Below are positions 27,519 through 37,763 of a stretch of DNA of 64,000 nucleotides, in pieces. The notes below the pieces were generated by a model. That model did not search any database. It was not told the DNA's origin and saw only the letters and a program-made list of their open reading frames with translations. A program made the position numbers and the translations under genes. The stretch's first letter is position 1, and every line of letters starts with the position of its first letter. Source of the stretch: Candidatus Promineifilaceae bacterium (lineage in GTDB: Bacteria > Chloroflexota > Anaerolineae > Promineifilales > Promineifilaceae); contig JBFFZG010000001.1 of assembly GCA_041568735.1 (NCBI GenBank), forward strand, positions 4,301 through 68,300, in the 5' to 3' direction.

Positions 27519-28658
27519 ATGCGTGAAATCGGTATCGACTGCCGCCTCCCGTTTTATCAGCGGGGCGGTATCAGCCAGTATATCCTCCAGCTCATCAAGG
27601 CCATCGGGCGCCAGAAGACGTCGGACCATTTCTCCCTCTTTCAGATGAGAAAAGACCCGGATAATCTCGCGGCGGCCGCCGGCAATCCCCCTTTTTCCCG
27701 GGTTGACGTCCTCACCCCCTGCCACCACCGGCTGGAGCCTTGGGCGCTCGGGCTGGAAATCATGGCCCACCGGCCGCCGGTCGACCTTTTTCACAGCCCG
27801 GATTTCATTCCCCCTCGCCTGCGGGGAGTAAAGCGGGTCATCACCGTCCACGATTTAAATTTCTGGTTTTTTCCCGAATTTCTGACCGCCGGCAGCCGGC
27901 GCTACTACCGGGATCAGATCGAATGGGCCGTCAGCACAGCTGATCACATCTCGGCCGACAGTGAGCAAACCCGGCAAGACCTGATCGAGCAGCTGGCCGT
28001 GCCGCCGGAGCGGGTGACGACGGTCTATCTGGCGGTCGACGATCTATACCGGCGGACCTACGAGGCGGCGGAAATCGCGGCGACGCTGGAAAAATATCGC
28101 CTGCAGGCCGGCTTTATTCTCGTCGTCGGAACGCTGGAGCCGAGAAAAAACCTGCCGATGCTGTTCGAAGCCTATCACCGGGCGCGGAAGAAAGAGGGTC
28201 TGGCCGTTCCGCTGGTTCTGGTCGGCCGCCGCGGCTGGCTCGATGAGGAGATCTTTGCCGCCATCCCGCGGCTGGAGCTCCAATCCGCTGTGCACCATCT
28301 GCCGCAGGTCACCAATCTCGAGCTGGCTCACCTCTACCAGGCGGCCGGCCTGCTGGCCACCCCTTCTCACTACGAGGGCTTTGGTCTGCCGGCGCTGGAG
28401 GCGATCACCGGCGGCTGCCCGGTCGTGGTCAGCGATCGCGGCTCCCTGCCGGAAATCGCCGGAGATGCCGGGCTGATCCTCCCCCCGGATGAGCCGCAGG
28501 CCTGGGCCGAGGCGCTCGTCCGGGTTCTCGTCGATAAATCACTACGCGAAAAGATGGTGGCCGCCGGCCGCCGCCACGCCGCCCGTTTTTCCTGGGAAAA
28601 AGCCGCCGCCCAAACCCTCGCCATCTACGACCAGCTCCTGGATACGCCAACGCCATGA
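27519..28658 (+). CDS. GT4 glycosyltransferase
   Basis: The track ORF starts at 27381. The ATG at 27519 (MREIGIDCRLPF) gives the usual GT4 N-terminus. C-terminal YEGFGLPALEAITGGCPVV motif. Confidence 0.8.
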   Translation: MREIGIDCRLPFYQRGGISQYILQLIKAIGRQKTSDHFSLFQMRKDPDNLAAAAGNPPFSRVDVLTPCHHRLEPWALGLEIMAHRPPVDLFHSPDFIPPRLRGVKRVITVHDLNFWFFPEFLTAGSRRYYRDQIEWAVSTADHISADSEQTRQDLIEQLAVPPERVTTVYLAVDDLYRRTYEAAEIAATLEKYRLQAGFILVVGTLEPRKNLPMLFEAYHRARKKEGLAVPLVLVGRRGWLDEEIFAAIPRLELQSAVHHLPQVTNLELAHLYQAAGLLATPSHYEGFGLPALEAITGGCPVVVSDRGSLPEIAGDAGLILPPDEPQAWAEALVRVLVDKSLREKMVAAGRRHAARFSWEKAAAQTLAIYDQLLDTPTP

Positions 28659-29878
28659 ACATCCTCCTCCTCACCCCGGCCATGCCCTACCCCCCCCAAC
28701 AGGGAGCCAGCCTGCGCAACTACTATATCCTGCTCGGCCTGGCCAGCCACCATCAGGTGTCCCTCCTCTCTTTCGCCGAATCTGACCCGACGGCCGCCGC
28801 GATGGCCCATCTCAAAAGCCTCTGCGCCACCGTCGACTATGTGCCGAGCCCCGGGCGGAGCCAGGGCCAGCGGCTGAAAACCCTGCTGTTCAGCTCCCGG
28901 CCCGACATGGGGCACCGGCTGGCCAGCCCCCTCTTCGAGGCGCAGCTCCGCCGGCTGCTGACCCACGCCTATGATATCGTGCAAATCGAAGGGATTGAGC
29001 TGGCCGGCGTCATCCCCGTCATTCGCCAGGCCTCCCCTTCTTCCCGGATCGTCTTCGACAATCACAACGCCGAAACGGAGCTGCAGCGGCGGACCGCTTT
29101 GACTGATTTGAGACGCCCCGGCCGCTGGCCGGCCGCCGCCTACTCCCTGATCCAGGTCGGCAAACTCCACCGCTTTGAGCGGTGGGCCTGTGAGGCGGCC
29201 GATGCCGTGACGGCCGTCAGCGCCGCCGATGCCGCCCTGCTCGAACGGCTGGCCCCGGCCCGGCGGCGGCCGGTAACCGCCATTCCCAACACCATCGACG
29301 TCCTGGAATATCCAACCCCCGACCGGCCCCCGCCTCGGGGTTTTGACCTGGTTTTCACCGGCAAAATGGACTTTCGCCCTAACGTCGACGCCATGCGCTG
29401 GTTTCTGCGATCGGTCTGGCCCAGGATCCTCCGGGTGCGGCCGGCCACGACCCTGGGGATCGTCGGGCAGAAGCCCCATCCCTCCCTGCAGGCAGCTGCC
29501 CGCCAGGGCGGCGCTGGCGTGACCCTGACCGGCTTTGTCGAGTCGGTCGAACCGCACATCGCGGGGGCGGCCGTCTTCATCATGCCCCTGCGCATGGGCA
29601 GCGGGACTCGTCTGAAGCTGCTCGAAGCGCTGGCGGCCGGCAAGGCGGTCGTCAGCACGACTCTGGGAGCCGAGGGATATGACCTGAAGCCCGGGGAGCA
29701 CCTGCTTCTGGCCGACACGCCGGCAGACTTCGCCGCGGCCGTCCTCGACCTTCTCGCCGATTCCGGTCGACGCGCCGCCCTCGGCCAGGCCGCTCGCGCA
29801 TTCGCCGGCCGCTACGATTGGCGGCAGATCATCCCCCGTTTCGAAATCCTCTACCGCTCCCTCCAGCAGGAGAGCTGA
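28655..29878 (+). CDS. GT4 glycosyltransferase
   Basis: 407 aa; MNILLLTPAMPYPPQQGASLR start, C-terminal GSGTRLKLLEALAAGKAVVST; ATGA overlap with the preceding GT4 gene. Confidence 0.8.
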   Translation: MNILLLTPAMPYPPQQGASLRNYYILLGLASHHQVSLLSFAESDPTAAAMAHLKSLCATVDYVPSPGRSQGQRLKTLLFSSRPDMGHRLASPLFEAQLRRLLTHAYDIVQIEGIELAGVIPVIRQASPSSRIVFDNHNAETELQRRTALTDLRRPGRWPAAAYSLIQVGKLHRFERWACEAADAVTAVSAADAALLERLAPARRRPVTAIPNTIDVLEYPTPDRPPPRGFDLVFTGKMDFRPNVDAMRWFLRSVWPRILRVRPATTLGIVGQKPHPSLQAAARQGGAGVTLTGFVESVEPHIAGAAVFIMPLRMGSGTRLKLLEALAAGKAVVSTTLGAEGYDLKPGEHLLLADTPADFAAAVLDLLADSGRRAALGQAARAFAGRYDWRQIIPRFEILYRSLQQES

Positions 29879-29900
29879 CCGAGGCGTTTGACCCGTGCTC

Positions 29901-29941
29901 AAACAAACAAAAAGAGCCGGATGTGCGGACACATCCGGCTC
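29901..29941 (-). terminator. rho-independent terminator downstream of rpoC
   Basis: 11-12 bp stem gagccggatgt/acatccggctc followed on the minus strand by TTTTTGTTTGTTT. Confidence 0.7.
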
Positions 29942-29974
29942 TCGTCTGTCGAGATCAGTCAGAAAGGAAGCCGC

Positions 29975-32900
29975 CTAATCGCTGGCCGGCTCTGCCCCCG
30001 TTTCGGTGCGGGCGATTTCTTCCATCTCCCGCCGTGCCTTGGCCTCAGCGGCCGCCTGCGCCAGCGCATCCAGGATGGCCGGGTCGGTATTGTCGTCAAT
30101 CAGAACCTTGGTCGGGTCGAGGTTTTCCAGGTCGATGACTTCGACCTCCTCTTCGACTTCCTTCTCGGCCTGCGCCTGGAAGAAACCGGTGCCGGCCGGA
30201 ATTAGCTTGCCGATGATGACATTTTCCTTCAAACCAACCAGCTCGTCTTCCTTGCCGGCGATGGCCGCCCCGGCCAGCACCTTGATCGTGTGCTGGAAGG
30301 AGCTGGCCGACAGGAAGCTGTCGGTCTCGAGCGACGCCTTGCTGATTCCCAGGAGGACCGAGCGGGCCGTGGCCGGCTGGCCGCCTTCCGCTTCGACTTC
30401 GGCGTTCATTTCCTCGAACACCTTGGCGTCCACGAGCTCACCGGGCAGCAGCTCGGTGTCGCCCGGAGCGGTCACCTGCACCCGGCTCAGCATTTTGCGG
30501 ATGATGAGCTCGAAATGCTTGTCGTTGATGTTCTGACCCTGCGGCTGGTACACATTCTGCACCTCGCGCAGGAGGTACTGAGTGACGGCGTCGCGCCCCT
30601 GGATCTCCAGGATGCTGTGCGGGTTCTTCGACCCTTCGGTCAGCCGGTCCCCGGCCGCCACCCGATCGTTGTCGCTGACTACCAGGCGCATGCCGGCGGA
30701 AATTTCGTAGTCGTGCTCCTCGCGGCTTTCCCAGGTGACCTTGATCTGGCCGTCTTTGAGCAGCCTGACCTGGCCGCCATGGCGGGCGGTGATCACTTCT
30801 CCTTCCGTTTCGGCCAGGATATCGCCGACACCGACGGTATCGCCGTCGGCGGCCTTCACGTCCCACCCTTCTGGCAGGTCATAGAGGTCATCGATGAGCT
30901 GGGAATTGGTCACGACGACGTGGCGCACTCCATCTACCAGGCGCACCTCGACGGTCCCATCGATTTCCGAAATGACCGCCTCCCCTTTTGGTTTCTGGCG
31001 GGCCTCGAAAAGCTCCTCCACCCGGGGCAGACCCTGGGTGATGTCGCCGCTGGCCTGAGCGGTACCGCCGGTGTGGAAGGTCCGCAGTGTCAGCTGGGTG
31101 CCCGGTTCGCCAATCGACTGAGCGGCGATAATCCCGACCGCCACCCCCTGCTCGACCGGCCGGCCGTCGGCCAGGTCAATGCCGTAGCACTTGGCGCACA
31201 CGCCGAGGCGAAGGTCGCAGGTCATGGGGGAGAAGACGTGAATATCCTCGAAGCCAGCCTCGTCGATGATTTCAGAGGCCTCGTCGGAGATCAGCTCCCC
31301 GGCTTCGACGATGATTTCCCCGGTTTCCGGATGGACGACGGCGTTCACCGCGGTCCGGCCGTAAACCCGGTCGGCCAGGGTCTGCTTGCCGAAGTTTTCT
31401 GAGCGGCGGATGATGATTCCGGTGGTGGCGCCGCAGTCTTCCAAAGAAATGATCAGATCCTGGGCCACGTCGACCAGGCGGCGGGTGAGGTACCCGGCGT
31501 CGGCCGTTCGCAGCGCCGTGTCGGCCAGACCTTTGCGCGAGCCGTGCGTGGAAATGAAGTACTCCAGCGCGGTCAGCCCCTGGCGGAAGTTGGAGGTGAT
31601 CGGCACGGCGATGATCCGCCCCTGCGGGTCGGCCATCAGGCCGCGCATCCCGGCCAGCTGGGTGATCGGGCCGAAACCGCCCTTCGTCGACCCGGAAAGG
31701 GCCATCATGGCGATCGGACCCGACTTATCCATGGCGTCCCGGACGGCCCGTTCGACCTGGTCCTTGGCGCCATTCCACTGCTCGATCGTCCGCTGGTACT
31801 GCTCGTCCTCGGTCAGCAGACCGCGGCGGTACTGCCGGTCGATCTGCTCGACGCGTTCCCGGGCGGTGTCGAGAATCGACTCCCGCTCGTCCGGCACCTT
31901 CAGGTCGAAGAGGGCCATGGTCACCCCGGAATAGGTGGCGTACTGGAAGCCGACATCCTTGATTTTGTCGGCCGTCTTGACCGTCACCTTGTCCCCGAGC
32001 CGGCGGTAAATCCGGTCGAGGAGGGTGTTGACCTGGCCCTTGGCCAGGGATTCATTGGTAAAGCGGAATTCCCGCGGGAGCGCACGATTAAAGATCACCC
32101 GGCCGGCCGACGTCTCGATCACGCGGCGGCGCGCGCGGCCGTCGGCGTAGCGGATCCCTTTTTCGTCAAAATAAGTCGAGGTCAGCAGATTGATTTTGGT
32201 GTGAATGTCGATCATCCCGAGCTGGAAGGCCATTTCCACCTCGTCCAGGCTGCTGAAATTGCGCCCTTCCCCTTTGCGGCCGTCAAACATCTGGGTCAGG
32301 TAGTAGACGCCGAGAACCATGTCCTTCGATGGGCCGACGATCGTCGCCCCATCGGCCGGCTTCAACAGGTTGTTGGTCGCCAGCATGAGTTCTTTGGCTT
32401 CGGTAACCGCCTTTTCAGAAAGCGGCACGTGCACGGCCATCTGGTCCCCGTCGAAGTCGGCATTGAAGGCCGAGCAGACGAGCGGGTGGAGCTGAATGGC
32501 CTTGCCTTCCACCAGTTTGGGCATAAAGGCCTGGATCCCAAGCCGGTGCAGCGTCGGCGCCCGGTTGAGGAGGATCGGCCGTCCCTGGATGACTTCCTCC
32601 AGGACCTCCCAGACCTCCGGCGGCTGCCGTTCGATGACCCGCTTGGCCCCTTTTACATTGCTGGCGTAGCCGTAGTGAATGAGCCGGCTGATGACGAACG
32701 GCCGGAAAAGCTCGAGCGCCATGACTTTCGGCAGGCCGCATTCCCCCATGCGCAGCTTGGGACCGACGACGATGACCGAACGGCCGGAGTAGTCGACGCG
32801 CTTGCCCAGCAGATTGCGGCGGAAGCGCCCTTTCTTCCCTTTCAGCATGTCCGAGAGGGATTTCAGCTCACGGCGGCCGCGGCGACTGAGCGCCTTGCCC

Positions 32901-34330
32901 CGGTGGCTGTTGTCGATCAGACTGTCGACCGCTTCCTGGAGCATCCGCTTTTCGTTGCGGATGATGACGTCCGGCGCCCCGAGCTCGAGCAGCCGCTTGA
33001 GCCGGTTGTTGCGGTTGATGACGCGCCGGTAAAGGTCGTTGAGGTCGGAGGTGGCGAAGCGGCCGCCATCGAGCTGGACCATCGGCCGCAGATCGGGCGG
33101 GATAACCGGCAGCACAGTCAGGATCATCCATTCCGGCCGGTTGCCGCTCTTGCGCAGTGCTTCGACGACCATCAGGCGGCGGGTCGCCCGCTTGGCGGCC
33201 TGCTTGGAGCGGCTCGTCCGCACCTCGCGCCAGAGCTCCCGGGAGAGGGTCTCCAGATCCATCGAGCGCAGGATATCATGGAAGGCCTCGGCCCCCATGC
33301 CGGCTTTAAAAACGTTGCCGAATTTGCTCTTGTATTCGCGGTATTCCGTTTCATTAAGGAACTGCCCCTGGACCAGCCCCTCGAGCTGTTCCCGGGTCAG
33401 GATTCCCTGCTGGCGCAGCCGCTCCATATCGCCGGCCATCTGGTCCCGGTAGCGCATGGCGACGCCGGCCGCTTCTTCGCGCAGCTGGTTGATTTCACGC
33501 TCCAGGTCGGCCCCATGAGCCTGGCGCTCCGCCTCGTTTTCCTGCTGAATCTGGTTGAGCCGATCCGTCGTGATATCTTTGACCATGGCGGTGTGCTCGC
33601 GGCCAATTTTATCCCCTTCTTTGGCGATCACGACGTTGTTCAGGGAGATCTCTTCTTTGGTTTTTTTGTCTTTCAGATTGCCGAGGCGGGTTTCAATCGC
33701 CTTGGCTTCCTGGACAGCCTCGTCGGTGGCCGCGGCCAGCCGCTCATCAAAGGTTTCCTTCAGGCTGCTCATTTCGGCTTCCAGTTCGGCCAGCCGCTGA
33801 TTCAGCTCCTGGTTTTCCTGGTCGACCTTGAGCTGCATCTCCTCGTCCATGCGCGCTTCGGCCTCTTCGAGCTCCTCCTGCAGGCGGGTCAGCGCCCGCT
33901 GGCGCGCATCTTCGTCGACGGAAATCACGACATACTGGGCGAAGTAGAGGACCCGGTCGAGGTTGCGCCGGGAGATATTGAGCAGAAGCCCCAGGTAGCT
34001 CGGCACCCGCCGGGTGTACCAGACATGGGCCACCGGAGCCGCCAGTTCGATATGCCCCAGCCGTTCGCGGCGGACGGAAGATCGGGTGACTTCCACGCCG
34101 CATTTGTCACAGACGATGCCACGATAGCGAATATTTTTGTATTTTCCGCAGTAGCACTGCCAGTCGCGCGTTGGTCCAAAAATCGCCTCGCAAAACAACC
34201 CATCTTTTTCCGGGCGGAGACGACGATAGTTGATCGTCTCCGGTTTTGTCACTTCACCATACGACCAGGAACGGATGTGATCGGGTGAAGCAAGGCTGAT
34301 ACGCAAAGAACGGAATTCGGTGTTTTCCAC
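29975..34330 (-). CDS. rpoC: DNA-directed RNA polymerase subunit beta-prime
   Basis: Zn-finger [21 protein letters not shown] catalytic loop, trigger-loop and bridge-helix regions. The track ORF starts at a TTG at 34351. I prefer the GTG at 34330 ([17 protein letters not shown]) because GGGAGG sits 8 nt upstream. Confidence 0.95.
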   Translation of the reverse strand: MENTEFRSLRISLASPDHIRSWSYGEVTKPETINYRRLRPEKDGLFCEAIFGPTRDWQCYCGKYKNIRYRGIVCDKCGVEVTRSSVRRERLGHIELAAPVAHVWYTRRVPSYLGLLLNISRRNLDRVLYFAQYVVISVDEDARQRALTRLQEELEEAEARMDEEMQLKVDQENQELNQRLAELEAEMSSLKETFDERLAAATDEAVQEAKAIETRLGNLKDKKTKEEISLNNVVIAKEGDKIGREHTAMVKDITTDRLNQIQQENEAERQAHGADLEREINQLREEAAGVAMRYRDQMAGDMERLRQQGILTREQLEGLVQGQFLNETEYREYKSKFGNVFKAGMGAEAFHDILRSMDLETLSRELWREVRTSRSKQAAKRATRRLMVVEALRKSGNRPEWMILTVLPVIPPDLRPMVQLDGGRFATSDLNDLYRRVINRNNRLKRLLELGAPDVIIRNEKRMLQEAVDSLIDNSHRGKALSRRGRRELKSLSDMLKGKKGRFRRNLLGKRVDYSGRSVIVVGPKLRMGECGLPKVMALELFRPFVISRLIHYGYASNVKGAKRVIERQPPEVWEVLEEVIQGRPILLNRAPTLHRLGIQAFMPKLVEGKAIQLHPLVCSAFNADFDGDQMAVHVPLSEKAVTEAKELMLATNNLLKPADGATIVGPSKDMVLGVYYLTQMFDGRKGEGRNFSSLDEVEMAFQLGMIDIHTKINLLTSTYFDEKGIRYADGRARRRVIETSAGRVIFNRALPREFRFTNESLAKGQVNTLLDRIYRRLGDKVTVKTADKIKDVGFQYATYSGVTMALFDLKVPDERESILDTARERVEQIDRQYRRGLLTEDEQYQRTIEQWNGAKDQVERAVRDAMDKSGPIAMMALSGSTKGGFGPITQLAGMRGLMADPQGRIIAVPITSNFRQGLTALEYFISTHGSRKGLADTALRTADAGYLTRRLVDVAQDLIISLEDCGATTGIIIRRSENFGKQTLADRVYGRTAVNAVVHPETGEIIVEAGELISDEASEIIDEAGFEDIHVFSPMTCDLRLGVCAKCYGIDLADGRPVEQGVAVGIIAAQSIGEPGTQLTLRTFHTGGTAQASGDITQGLPRVEELFEARQKPKGEAVISEIDGTVEVRLVDGVRHVVVTNSQLIDDLYDLPEGWDVKAADGDTVGVGDILAETEGEVITARHGGQVRLLKDGQIKVTWESREEHDYEISAGMRLVVSDNDRVAAGDRLTEGSKNPHSILEIQGRDAVTQYLLREVQNVYQPQGQNINDKHFELIIRKMLSRVQVTAPGDTELLPGELVDAKVFEEMNAEVEAEGGQPATARSVLLGISKASLETDSFLSASSFQHTIKVLAGAAIAGKEDELVGLKENVIIGKLIPAGTGFFQAQAEKEVEEEVEVIDLENLDPTKVLIDDNTDPAILDALAQAAAEAKARREMEEIARTETGAEPASD

Positions 34331-34570
34331 TGGGTGACCTCCCAAAGTCAACGATTATTCTAAGCTCCGACACCGCATTGAAATATCTTGAACGGAGTTT
34401 CGCTTGTGAGGCTGACCCCACAGAAACGGAGATGGACATGCAGACCCGGCTCGACACCTGTTAACCCCGGTCTCCATGCAGTTGAATTTGCTGCCATTTA
34501 AATTCGATTCGATGAAATGAAATTTTTAGGACGGGCGCAGGCCGCCATCGCCCACCTGCCAGCAGTTCCT

Positions 34571-34609
34571 AAACGCGCAAAAGAGCGTATGGCCAGAGGC
34601 CAACGCTCT
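34571..34609 (-). terminator. terminator-like hairpin (possible attenuator) inside the rpoC leader
   Basis: minus strand AGAGCGT-TGGCC-TCT-GGCCA-(T)-ACGCTCT, 12 bp with one bulge, followed by TTTGCGCGTTT; lies ~45-80 nt downstream of the predicted start site. Confidence 0.4.
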
Positions 34610-34658
34610 CGGTTGCCTGAATTGGATTGCTATTATTCTTTCACCGCCAACGGTATCT

Positions 34659-34686
34659 ATTATAGTTTCGGGGCGTTCGGTGTCAA
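34659..34686 (-). promoter_or_regulatory. perfect-consensus sigma70-type promoter upstream of rpoC
   Basis: minus strand reads TTGACA - 16 nt - TATAAT in an AT-rich intergenic stretch, ~325 nt upstream of the rpoC start. Confidence 0.7.
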
Positions 34687-34799
34687 ACTTAGAAATATAC
34701 ATCTAATCTTCGAATTCCGCAACCCCCCAATTTTCACCGGATTTCCCGCAGGGCAGGTCGAGGCCGCCCGGGCCGCCCCCCGTTTTTCTCATCTGCCGC

Positions 34800-35216
34800 T
34801 CATACAGAACGGCCGGCCAGCAGGCGTGTCGCCGCGGATCGCAGCGCCTGGGCCAGGCGCCGGGTCCGGCTCGGCCGCGGCCGGAAGGGGCGCCTGAGGC
34901 GCTTCTCCCACCAGGGGCCCCCCCGATACTCGAGGAGCTGCCACCCCTGCCGGCGCAGATCGGTCACCAGGTCCTCGACCATCCCGTCGAGGGCGGGCAG
35001 GCGGCGGGTGGAAAAAATATCGACGCCCATAACCGTGCTGGCCATGGGAATCTCGCGGGAGGTCGCCGCGATGTAGGAGCCGTCTGGCCCGGAGGCGACG
35101 GCCCTGAAATAGGTCCAGGCCAGGGCTGGCATGCCGATTTGTCCCGCCGTGCCCAGATCATTGCGCAGCCGGATTTCGACCTGGCAGTACTCCCACTGCT
35201 CGCCGGCGGCGGTCAT
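34800..35216 (-). CDS. hypothetical small protein (possibly DUF4177-like)
   Basis: The ATG at 35216 overlaps the stop of the upstream gene (ATGA). N-terminal EQWEYCQVEI and internal RRQGWQLLEY resemble the DUF4177 pattern. Arg-rich tail. Confidence 0.45.
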   Translation of the reverse strand: MTAAGEQWEYCQVEIRLRNDLGTAGQIGMPALAWTYFRAVASGPDGSYIAATSREIPMASTVMGVDIFSTRRLPALDGMVEDLVTDLRRQGWQLLEYRGGPWWEKRLRRPFRPRPSRTRRLAQALRSAATRLLAGRSV

Positions 35217-36508
35217 GTCCCGGCCGGCGGCCTGGTGGCCGTCACCGTCGACCCGCAAAAATCACAGACGACCCGGCTGACCCCCCGCGGCTGAATCGGA
35301 ATGGCGGCGAAGCAGAAGGGACATTTTTCCGGCAGGGCAGCTGTGCTGGCGGCCGCCGTCTCCGCTTCTTCGACAAATGCCTCGGCCCGGTCCCGGTCGA
35401 TTTCACCGGTCTGCACCCGCTTGATCATCGCCGCCCAGGCGGCCGATTCGTGCCCCAGGATGTGGAAACGGGCCCGCGACATGGGTGCGCTGGCGCTGAA
35501 AATGAGCTCCAGGATGTCGTCCTTGCGCATGCTGAGGAAGCCCCGCCCCTCTTTCGCATGGGCGACCTCCTGGATTTCGCGAACCGGCACGTCGATCAAC
35601 AGTTTCTGGAGAACCTCTGAGTCGGTCGTGATGAACAGAAATTTCTTGGTGGCTACTTCTTCTTTTTGCTCGAAGAGCAGCCGCTGGTCGGTCAGGTAGA
35701 GGATGCCGTCCGGCCCGTCATCTTTGCCATCCTGCTCCCACTCCGCTTCCACGGCCAGGAGCGGCCCTTCGGCTGGATGCAGTTTAATTTCCGGCGACTG
35801 CTCGAGGTGCTGAATCATCCACTCCGCCCGGTGCACCGCGACCTGGACTTCGCCCAGGCCGGCCTGCGTTCCCTGGAAGAGCGAGCTGACACTCCCCCGA
35901 ACCGAGGCCACCGCCTGGCGGGCGGACTGGAGCGCCGATTCGGCCTGGTCGAGCAGCGGCGCGCTCGGCCGTCCCATCTGGCCGATAAACTGCTGCACCG
36001 GGTGCAGCTGACGGTCGAGCTGGAAAATCCCCTCTCGCAGCTGGCGTTCGATCGTCGGGCGCACCCGGGTGTCCCATTCGTCGTCCAGCGACTCGAGCCG
36101 ATCCTCCAGCTGCCCGGCGTGGACATACCCGCGCCGGCGGAGATCATCGAGCTGGGCCGGCAGGCGGGTAAACTGCTCCTCAATCCGGCCAAGCTCCTGG
36201 TAGATATCCTCGAGATTGGCCTCGCGATCGACCCGCAAAAATTCGTTTTCCAGAGACTGAAAGCGCACCAGCAGCGGATCGACCTCGGCCGCCGGCGCCT
36301 GCCGCCGCATAACCGGTGGAGGAACGGCCCGCGGCCCCGGTCGGGGCAGCGGGTTGGATGCCCGGGCGGCCGCCCGCACGGCCTGGTTTTTGCGCCGGTT
36401 GTTGAGCTGGCGCCGTCGAAAGACATCCTCGGCCGAGGGGCGAGCCGGACGCGAGGCGCCGGCGCGGGGTTTCGAGCCCTTCCCTTTTTGACCGCGTCCG
36501 AGAGACAT
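35213..36508 (-). CDS. hypothetical protein: basic tail, helical region, bacterial PH/GRAM-like domain, C-terminal zinc ribbon
   Basis: 431 aa; Lys/Arg/Pro-rich first ~75 aa, helical middle, GILYLTDQRLLFEQKE...ILELIF PH-like segment, CPFC...CDFCG ribbon. Confidence 0.6.
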   Translation of the reverse strand: MSLGRGQKGKGSKPRAGASRPARPSAEDVFRRRQLNNRRKNQAVRAAARASNPLPRPGPRAVPPPVMRRQAPAAEVDPLLVRFQSLENEFLRVDREANLEDIYQELGRIEEQFTRLPAQLDDLRRRGYVHAGQLEDRLESLDDEWDTRVRPTIERQLREGIFQLDRQLHPVQQFIGQMGRPSAPLLDQAESALQSARQAVASVRGSVSSLFQGTQAGLGEVQVAVHRAEWMIQHLEQSPEIKLHPAEGPLLAVEAEWEQDGKDDGPDGILYLTDQRLLFEQKEEVATKKFLFITTDSEVLQKLLIDVPVREIQEVAHAKEGRGFLSMRKDDILELIFSASAPMSRARFHILGHESAAWAAMIKRVQTGEIDRDRAEAFVEEAETAAASTAALPEKCPFCFAAIPIQPRGVSRVVCDFCGSTVTATRPPAGT

Positions 36509-36604
36509 GAGTTTGCTCCTTGTTGAAAGGGCAGCCAGGGCTGCCCGGTTGGGTTCGCTGCCTGTCAGCGAGGGCGACGCGGCGGCCTCCTCCCGCTGAC
36601 CCTG

Positions 36605-37706
36605 TTAATTTTCCAGGACCGCCCCGTCGATCGCATCCTTGAGGTAGGCCTCCATGAATCCGTCCAGGTCGCCGTCGAGCACGGCCGATGGATTGCCCGT
36701 TTCGAACCGGGTGCGGTGATCCTTCACCATCTTGTACGGGTGGAGCACGTAGCTGCGAATCTGGCTGCCCCAGCCGGCGTCGACATCCTCCCCTTTGAGC
36801 TCGGCGATCTCCTCCTGCTGCTTCTGCTCGGCGAGAGCGTACAGCTGGGATTTCAAGATTTTGAGGGCTGTCTCCATATTCTGGGTCAGCGAGCGCTGAT
36901 TCTGGCAGGAGACGACGAGCCCGGTCGGCAAGTGCTTGATCCGCACGGCCGTTTCGTTCTTCTGAACGTGCTGGCCGCCGGCCCCGCTCGCTTTGAATCG
37001 CTGAACTTCGAGATCTTTTTCGTTGATTTCGATGTCGATCTCTTCCGCGATGTCGGGCCAGATTTCGACCTTGGCGAACGAGGTATGGCGGCGAGAAGAG
37101 GCGTCGTATGGGGAGATGCGCACCAGGCGGTGAACCCCCCGCTCCGAGCGAAGCCGGCCATAAACGTACGCCCCCTTGATGCCGAGGGTGACGCTCTTGA
37201 TGCCGGCCTCATCGCCCGGGCTTTCGTCGATCACTTCGACCTGGAAGCCGGTGGTTTCGGCCCAGCGGGTGTACATGCGCAGCAGCATCTGGGCCCAATC
37301 CTGGGCTTCGGTTCCCCCGGCCCCGGCGTGAATGGCCAGGATCGCGTCGCTGTCGTCATGCTCCCCGGAAAAGAGGGTTTCAAACTCGAGCCGGCCGACT
37401 TTTTTGCGCAGCTGGGCGACTTCTCCGGCCAGTTCGACCAGCAGATCTTCGTCGGCCAGCAGGAGCAGCTCGTGCGTGTCCTTCAGATGGGTGTGAACCG
37501 TCTCCCAGCTGTTGACCTGCTGGCGCAGCCGGGTGATTTCCCGCATGATTTTCTGGGCGTGATCCGGGTTGTCCCAGAACCCGGCCTGGGAGGCTTCCGC
37601 CTCCAGAGTTTCAATCTTTTGCACCTTTAGAGGGACGTCAAAGCCGCCTCCGCAGATTTTCAATCGTTTCCGTCAGCGCTTCGACTTCCTGCAGTAATTC
37701 TTCCAT
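36605..37706 (-). CDS. prfB: peptide chain release factor 2 (programmed +1 frameshift)
   Basis: ORF0 MEELLQEVEALTETIENLRRRL ends at an in-frame TGA in CTT TGA C. The +1 frame continues DVPLKVQKIETLE... through the GGQ motif (SGAGGQHVQK). Confidence 0.9.
37637..37643 (-). promoter_or_regulatory. prfB: prfB +1 frameshift site CTT TGA C
   Basis: minus strand CGG AGG CGG CTT TGA C: slippery CUU, UGA stop with C context, SD-like GGAGG a few nt upstream. Confidence 0.85.
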
Positions 37707-37763
37707 GAGATTTCTCCTGATAGGGCGGTTTTCTGGTCCACCCGGTTTAGACCGGCCGGCCGT

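Noticed and set aside
31544-34288. 914-aa plus-strand ORF
   Set aside because: It is antisense to rpoC, has no recognisable motifs and is Arg/Gly/Pro-rich. It is a shadow ORF.
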